A stretch of DNA of 64,000 nt from Tubiluchus corallicola (taxonomy: Eukaryota; Animalia; Priapulida), in the NCBI GenBank assembly GCA_030141605.1, contig JAQGDQ010000172.1:62001-126000 (forward strand), read 5' to 3'. The position numbers and the translations under genes were made by a program. Under the pieces are notes generated by a model. It saw only the letters and a program-made list of their open reading frames with translations, did not search any database and was not told the DNA's origin. Positions 63,291 through 64,000 of this stretch are shown here, one piece after another. The first letter of the stretch is position 1; every line of letters starts with the position of its first letter.

Positions 63291-64000
63291 TAAAGGTACA
63301 AATGTTCAAGATGTTTCTGTTATGTGGGCTAAGCCATTTTTTCTCTTTCTCTAAAAACTGAAGTCTGGTCGTAAACAGTTTTGTCATGGGTTACTTACGC
63401 AGCTGTTTTTTTGGAATCAATGGCATTCATGTTTTCATATGGTCTAAGATATGGTTTTTATAAGCTAGCAACAGCTACCTTTTTGGCCATTTTGAAAATA
63501 TTAGTCATGTTGGTACTACCCTAAATGCTTGACCTTTAAAGCCTATGGTATATAGATTCTAATATCATCATCCTAGTTTCCTTAAGTCGGGCAGTATAGT
63601 TAATATATGATGTCATAGGTGTTCCTGGGCATCAGAAATTGATTCATTGACACCGAAAACTTAAGTTGACACCAAAGTTGTCATATTAACTGCATGAACA
63701 GTCAGGATATAGTTTTCAAAACTAGCTATTACAGGCATCAATCTTGTCGACCATTTTGAAAATTATGGTCATACACTGTATGATTTTCTACTGACTTCAT
63801 ATGCAAAATTAATCACCTTGATTGGTTTTAATGTTGTGCAAAGTTTTGTAACTTGGGCAAAAAGAGCAAGTTTTCCACCATTTTGCTAGGCAATTATGTC
63901 TTGATCCCAGTAACCATTTTGTTTATTACTTGTTGGACTGTTTGAATTGCTTTGCATTATTTTGGGGCTTGTAGCAGCTTTCTAGATTCAAGAATGTCCA

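Overview
AT-rich, intron-rich animal (probably invertebrate) nuclear DNA with three protein-coding genes. (1) Positions 113-49327/50708 (+) hold the 3' part of a very large ABCA-subfamily full transporter. I traced 59 exons by hand with consistent intron phases (about 2,980 codons in the window; the N-terminus and TM1 lie upstream). It has a greatly enlarged, apparently modular first exocytoplasmic domain, two intact NBDs, a GC-AG intron, and a motif-rich C-terminal tail with at least two alternative terminal exons ending in different PDZ-type motifs (..STDC* vs ..DTWL*). (2) Positions 53267-54520 (-) encode the AP-3 mu subunit (AP3M) in a single uninterrupted ORF. (3) From 54854 (+) to beyond the window end lies ANKLE2/LEM4, head-to-head with AP3M and only 333 bp away; both ATGs are directly preceded by splice acceptors. 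Introns carry hAT and Tc1/mariner-type MITEs with TSDs, CR1/L2-type LINE 3' fragments, tRNA-derived SINE heads, foldback hairpins and simple repeats. Exon boundaries are manual predictions from splice consensus and phase continuity, and protein identities rest on recognised motifs; no database search was run.
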